Of a DNA stretch of 64,000 nt, positions 59,276 through 64,000 are shown piece after piece (positions within the stretch are counted from its first letter, which is position 1; every line of letters starts with the position of its first letter). Under the pieces are notes generated by a model. That model was given only the letters and a program-made list of their open reading frames with translations, ran no database searches and was not told where the DNA came from. A program made the translations under genes and the position numbers. This DNA is from Candidatus Kaiserbacteria bacterium (lineage in GTDB: Bacteria > Patescibacteriota > Minisyncoccia > Phycocordibacterales > UBA918): assembly GCA_016699245.1 (NCBI GenBank), contig CP064968.1:985015-1049014 (forward strand), read 5' to 3'.

Positions 59276-60319
59276 GTGCCCTTCACACTGCTTGATTTCA
59301 TGCCTTCATGTATACGAACTGATATACCCCTTGCTCCCCACACCACTCTTGGTGTGGGTGGCCCTGCGCAATTTTTTGCTGAGGTGGATTGTGTTGCTGT
59401 ACTCGAAGAGGTCGTTATATGGGCAAAGAGAGAAGGGCACCCTATTACTCTTTTAGGGTGTGGTTCAAATGTGCTTATCTCTGAAAACGGGATACGAGGA
59501 TTGGTGATTCGATACGTGGCTTCGGAGATTGCGTATGAGGAACGGGCTGATGTGGTACGGGTGACCGCTGATGCCGGAGTTATCCTCGATGCACTTATTC
59601 ATGAACTTGTGTTGAAAGATTTGTGGGGGCTTGAAAATCTTTCCGCGATACCAGGTCATGTGGGCGCAGTGCCCGTTCAAAATGTTGGTGCATATGGTGT
59701 GGAAGCAAAAGAGATAATTGAATCAGTTTTCGTGTACGACACTTCTTGTGGACAGACACGAACACTCACAAACACAGAATGTGCTTTTGGATATCGTGAT
59801 TCACTTTTTAAAAAAGCTGAGGGCAGCAAATATATTATTCTTTCAGTCACCTTTACGGTAGTGCATATGCGGGCACCACGACTCACCTATAAAGACCTTA
59901 CCGAATATTTTGGTACACAGACACAACCTTCGCTCCATGAAATACGTGAAGCAATTATTACGATACGAGGAAAGAAATTACCTGACTGGCATGAGATAGG
60001 AACCGCAGGGTCATTTTTTAAAAACCCTATTGTGCCTCTTGCTGTGTATGAGGCGCTTGTCCAGAGATATCCAGAATTACCAGGCTTTCCGCAACAGGAT
60101 GGTGATGTGAAGGTGTCACTCGGATGGATACTCGATAGGGTGTGTGGACTGAAAGGTTACCGTGAAGGGAAGGTGGGACTCTATGAAAAACAGGCACTCG
60201 TGCTTGTGTGTGAGCATGGTGCGACGGCACGTGAGGTGACTGATTTTGTAGCGCGCATCATTGCATTGGTGTATGAAAAAACGAGTATCGTGATTGAACC
60301 AGAGGTGCGGATGCTGTGA
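59276..60319 (+). CDS. murB: UDP-N-acetylenolpyruvoylglucosamine reductase
   Basis: FAD-binding ..LGVGGPAQFF.. and ..LGCGSNVLI.. motifs. C-terminal MurB domain. Confidence 0.85.
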   Translation: MPFTLLDFMPSCIRTDIPLAPHTTLGVGGPAQFFAEVDCVAVLEEVVIWAKREGHPITLLGCGSNVLISENGIRGLVIRYVASEIAYEERADVVRVTADAGVILDALIHELVLKDLWGLENLSAIPGHVGAVPVQNVGAYGVEAKEIIESVFVYDTSCGQTRTLTNTECAFGYRDSLFKKAEGSKYIILSVTFTVVHMRAPRLTYKDLTEYFGTQTQPSLHEIREAIITIRGKKLPDWHEIGTAGSFFKNPIVPLAVYEALVQRYPELPGFPQQDGDVKVSLGWILDRVCGLKGYREGKVGLYEKQALVLVCEHGATAREVTDFVARIIALVYEKTSIVIEPEVRML

Positions 60320-60326
60320 AAAAATA

Positions 60327-60364
60327 TGTGTATGAAAAATATTTTAAAATATTTTTCATACACA
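60327..60364. promoter_or_regulatory. perfect 38-bp AT-rich palindrome TGTGTATGAAAAATATTTT|AAAATATTTTTCATACACA, followed by an A-tract-rich region
   Basis: Read directly, 8 nt after the murB stop. Could be a terminator hairpin and/or a dimeric binding site. Downstream, 60365-60470 is >85% AT with phased A/T tracts. Confidence 0.4.
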
Positions 60365-60574
60365 AAACATTTTATACAAAAATAAAATTATAAAAAAATA
60401 AAATAAAATTTTTTATTTTATTTTTTTATCCCCACATTTTTTATTTTTTTTCTTGTGCATTTTTTGTAATGACTGATAATTATACATAAGCAAACATTCT
60501 CTTTGCACAATGCTCTTTGAAAAGGGAACAATGCGGTCGAAACGTTAATGAGTAAAATTTCAAAAATTTATATC

Positions 60575-60706
60575 ATGCCAGCAAAAAAGAAAGTTGCAAA
60601 GAAGGCTGCTAAGAAAGTAGTCAAGAAAGTTGCAAAGAAGGCCGCAAAGAAGGCTACTAAGAAAGTAGTTAAGAAGGTTGCAAAGAAGGTAGCAAAGCGA
60701 AAATAA
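60575..60706 (+). CDS. 43-aa lysine/alanine-rich basic protein with KKVAKKAAKK tandem repeats (histone H1/Hc1-like)
   Basis: ATG at 60575. MPAKKKVAKKAAKKVVKKVAKKAAKKATKKVVKKVAKKVAKRK*. The nucleotide repeat is aagaaagt(t/a)g(c/t)aaagaagg. The ORF track only reports the antisense mirror (60560-60799, minus). Confidence 0.55.
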   Translation: MPAKKKVAKKAAKKVVKKVAKKAAKKATKKVVKKVAKKVAKRK

Positions 60707-60839
60707 TATTTCCGCAAAGCCATCTAAAGCACACAAAACACATTCCTGCATTGGAATGTGTTTTGTTTGTCTCATACGTGTGAAGGCGGTGCCTCTCAAG
60801 TAGTTTCATGGTATGCTATGCGGATTCTAACCATATATT

Positions 60840-63375
60840 ATGTCATTTCTAGATACATTCTTCGGACCCACATACGAGAAGGAACTCAAGCAAATAAGCC
60901 CTATAATCGAGGCAATCAACGCGATTGAGCCATCACTTACCATACTTTCAGATAGTGAGTTGCTTGCGGCATCCGATGCGCTCCGAAATGAGGTGGTGAA
61001 CGGTAAATCGCTTGATGATGCACTGCCACAGGCATTCGCACTTGTACGCGAAGCAGCAAAGCGGACACTCGGTCAACGACACTATGATGAGCAACTCATC
61101 GGTGGCGTCATTCTGCATCGTGGAAAAATAACCGAGATGCGTACTGGTGAAGGAAAGACACTTGTGGGTACCCTCCCTGCATACCTCAATGCACTCTCAG
61201 GAAAAGGTGTGCACGTCATCACCGTGAATGATTATCTTGCACGGCGTGATGGAGTATGGATGGGGCAAGTGTATGCACATCTCGGACTCTCGGTAGGTGT
61301 AATCAATCAAACAGGTTCATATCTTTATGACACTACGCACGTAGAGAGTGATGCAACACGTGATAGTCAAGGTGCATATAAAATTGTGTATGATTTTTTG
61401 CGACCATGTACCCGTAAAGAAGCGTATGCTGCAGACATCACGTATGGTACCAACAATGAGTACGGATTTGATTACCTTCGCGACAACATTGAATTTGAAA
61501 TACAAAATTTACGTCAGCGTGAACATGCATACGCTATCATCGATGAAGTGGACTCTATTCTTATTGATGAGGCACGTACACCGCTTATTATTTCTGCACC
61601 AGCGCAGGATTCAGAGAATCTGTACAGTATCTTTTCGCAGATTGCGTCACGCCTCAACCCCGAGACTGATTACGTCATTGATGAAAAACTTAAAAGCGCA
61701 ACACTCACGGATAGTGGTATCGAAGCCGCAGAAAAAATGCTCGGCATTGGTAATATCTACACTGATAAAGGTATTAAGTATGTACACCACCTTGAGACTG
61801 CGGTACGTGCTCGTGCGCTCTATATGCGCGATAAGGAGTACGTGGTAAAGGATAATGAAGTCGTCATTGTGGACGAGTTCACCGGCCGTATGCAGCCAGG
61901 ACGACGATGGTCGGATGGTCTTCATCAGGCAATCGAGGCAAAGGAAGGAGTCACTATTCAGCAAGAGTCACGCACGTACGCGTCCATTACCTTCCAGAAC
62001 TATTTCCGCATGTATGAAAAACTTTCAGGCATGACGGGAACCGCGCTCACGTCACAAGAAGAGTTTTACTCCGTATACAAACTCGATGTAATTCCAGTCC
62101 CCACACACCATCCTATTCAGCGTCTCGATCACAACGACCTTATCTTCCAAACGGAGAAAGGGAAAATTGCTGCTATTATTCGGAAAGTGAAAGAGGTGCA
62201 TGAAAAGGGACAGCCAATACTCATCGGTACTGCTTCAATCGACAAAAATGAAATGCTCAGTGCCGCACTCACGGAGGCAGGTGTCGTACATGAAATGCTT
62301 AATGCCAAAAATCATGAACGTGAAGGCGAGATTATTGCGGATGCGGGAACAAAAGGAAAGGTGACGCTCGCGACCAACATGGCTGGTCGTGGTGTCGACA
62401 TTAAGCTCGGTGGTACAAAAGCAACAAAGGAGGAGGCTGAGACCATTAAAACCCTTGGCGGACTCTTTGTACTTGGTACTGAGCGTCATGAGGCCCGCCG
62501 TATCGATAATCAGTTGCGCGGCCGCGCCGGCCGTCAGGGCGACCCCGGGAGAAACACAGTTTTATGTGTCTATGGATGACTCTCTCATGCGCGTCTTTGC
62601 GGGGGAGGCGGTAAAGAATATGATGGGACGCTTTGGTATCCCTGAAGATCAGCCTATTGAAAACGGCGTTATCACACGCTCACTCGAGTCCGCACAAAAG
62701 AAAATTGAAGGATTTCATTTTGACTCCCGTAAGCACGTGCTTGCGTATGACAATGTGCTCAACCAGCAACGGGTGATTATCTACGAAAAGCGCCGTAAAC
62801 TTCTCCTTGGTTCTGCTACCGATGTGCAAGAACTCGCGCAGGAACTTATTGCCTTTATTCCCGAAGTAGAAGAGCAGATTGCGCTTCGTATCAAAGAGTA
62901 TGGAGAGGAAGCGTGGTATGAAGTGATGCGTAAATTGATGCTTCAGGTCAATGACGTGCTATGGGTAGAACACCTTGAGGTCATGCAACATACACGCTCG
63001 AGTGTGGGGCTTCGTGCATACGGACAGCAAGATCCACTCATTGAGTACCGTAAAGAGGGCTTACGGCTCTTTAGAGAGATGCAGGAGGCTTCATTCCATC
63101 GCGTGGCAGAATTAGTCCCTACGGTGCGTACCGAGGCGGTAGAGCGTGAAGAGGAGGCGCTTAAGAAGGCTCAGGCACGCATTGCCCTCGGAGGAGGGAG
63201 TAGTGAGGTGGCGCGCGTGGCCGAGGAGATTGCGCATACACCTGTTGTGAGCGGAGCAAAAATTGGACGTAATGAATTTGTGACTATCACCAATGGCACC
63301 GATACCGAGACACTGAAGTTTAAGAAAGCAGAACCGCTTCTAGCGAGTGGGGAATGGAAAGTGGTAGAAAAGTAG
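60840..63375 (+). CDS. secA: preprotein translocase ATPase SecA, interrupted by a 1-nt insertion at ~62550
   Basis: ..RTGEGKTLV.. Walker A and ..[12 protein letters not shown]|a|[16 protein letters not shown].. Conserved SecA sequence continues in the +1 frame (ORFs 60840-62579 and 62389-63375). Confidence 0.9.
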
Positions 63376-63433
63376 AAAGCCCTTCACTAATATGGTCGAC
63401 TTACGATGTCGGCCATAAACCCGCAAGGCGTCG

Positions 63434-63456
63434 CCTTGAGGGTTTTCCTATTTTCA
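63434..63456 (+). terminator. weak terminator hairpin CAAGGC-gtc-GCCTTG + GGGTTTTCC after secA
   Basis: Read directly. Preceded by a second hairpin ATGGTCGAC..GTCGGCCAT at 63393-63426. Confidence 0.35.
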
Positions 63457-63460
63457 CTAC

Positions 63461-63808
63461 GTGATACACTTCACGTATATGCATTTTTTAATTCGTCTTG
63501 CTATCACCACGTCAGCGTTTCTTATTGTCTCGTATGTGGTACCCGGTATCACGGTCTCGGGATGGATTCCTGCGGTCATTGTGGCACTCTTTCTTATCAT
63601 TCTTAATACCATCGTTCGTCCGATACTCATTGTGCTTACACTGCCGATTACCATCCTCACCCTCGGACTCTTTCTTCTTGTTATCAATGCGAGCATCCTC
63701 TTTTTCGTTGCATCGTTTGTAGAAGGCGTGCAGATTCAAAATTTTTGGAGCGCTCTGCTCGGTTCCATCCTCATCAGTATTATTAGCACCTTCGCGAATA
63801 GGAAATAG
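63461..63808 (+). CDS. Phage_holin_4_2 (DUF360)-family 4-TM membrane protein
   Basis: ..YVVPGITVSGW..ALFLIILNTIVRPILIVLTLPITILTLGLFLLVINASIL..VEGVQIQNFWSALLGSIL.. matches the family consensus closely. Confidence 0.6.
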   Translation: MIHFTYMHFLIRLAITTSAFLIVSYVVPGITVSGWIPAVIVALFLIILNTIVRPILIVLTLPITILTLGLFLLVINASILFFVASFVEGVQIQNFWSALLGSILISIISTFANRK

Positions 63809-63843
63809 CGGAAAATCAAAATCATTGCTTGCAATGGGGGTGA

Positions 63844-64000
<157 letters not shown>

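Noticed and set aside
60560-60799. 79-aa minus-strand ORF (MRGTAFTRMRQTKH...)
   Set aside because: It is the antisense shadow of the plus-strand KKAAKK repeat gene (60575-60706). The plus-strand reading has a clean ATG, a periodic Lys/Ala repeat and a proper stop.
45798-63375. Programmed ribosomal frameshifting or genuine pseudogenisation of the split genes
   Set aside because: Seven unrelated genes, including essential secA, carry the same kind of 1-nt lesion without slippery heptamers or conserved stimulatory structures. Together with the adjacent homopolymer junk this points to sequence error.

Overview
This 64 kb window is dominated by a ~48 kb glycan / cell-envelope polysaccharide biosynthesis island (about 5.9-54.1 kb). 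It is flanked by core housekeeping genes: a murC 3' fragment and rsmI at the 5' end, and murB, secA and an obg 5' fragment at the 3' end. TGA is used as a stop codon, including in ATGA overlaps at murC/rsmI and at the kinase/GT4 pair, so genetic code 11 applies (not code 25). The gene content (many GT4, a DUF4015 hydrolase, a T4CP-like ATPase with a Pro-rich tail, a KKAAKK basic protein) is reminiscent of a Patescibacteria/CPR-like genome; this is inference only.

The island contains at least 11 GT4-type glycosyltransferases, plus GT2 and GT9 enzymes, a Wzx flippase and an O-antigen-ligase/TPR protein. It also encodes three GDP-mannose 4,6-dehydratase paralogs, an NDP-hexose C-methyltransferase, a DegT-family PLP enzyme, two SDR epimerases, a UDP-GlcNAc 2-epimerase and a KdsB-like CMP-sugar synthetase. 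Further members are two AsnB-type amidotransferases (one next to a UDP-sugar dehydrogenase homolog), two polysaccharide deacetylases, at least seven SAM methyltransferases, a GtrA/GtrB/GT-C-like triad, and a sulfotransferase partnered by a distal bifunctional ATP-sulfurylase/APS-kinase (PAPS synthase). Taken together this points to a heavily tailored glycan (deoxy, C-/O-methylated, amidated, possibly sulfated); this is my main biological candidate.

Other items worth a second look:
- a ~190 nt candidate sRNA with a tRNA-like acceptor/T-arm minihelix, sitting just upstream of a relB/relE toxin-antitoxin pair;
- a 43-aa KKAAKK-repeat basic protein that the ORF track missed (it reported only the antisense mirror);
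- a diverged duplication of a gene 3' end plus hairpins, upstream of a T4CP-like ATPase with a ~250-aa Pro-rich tail;
- a GT2-alcohol dehydrogenase fusion;
- a GT4 N-domain-only ORF translationally coupled to a kinase-like protein.

Caution: between 45.8 and 50.6 kb, and again in secA, at least seven single-base indels split otherwise conserved genes. The essential secA is among them. A 520-bp homopolymer-saturated stretch (49765-50282) has no biological plausibility. I interpret these as sequence-quality artifacts, not biology.
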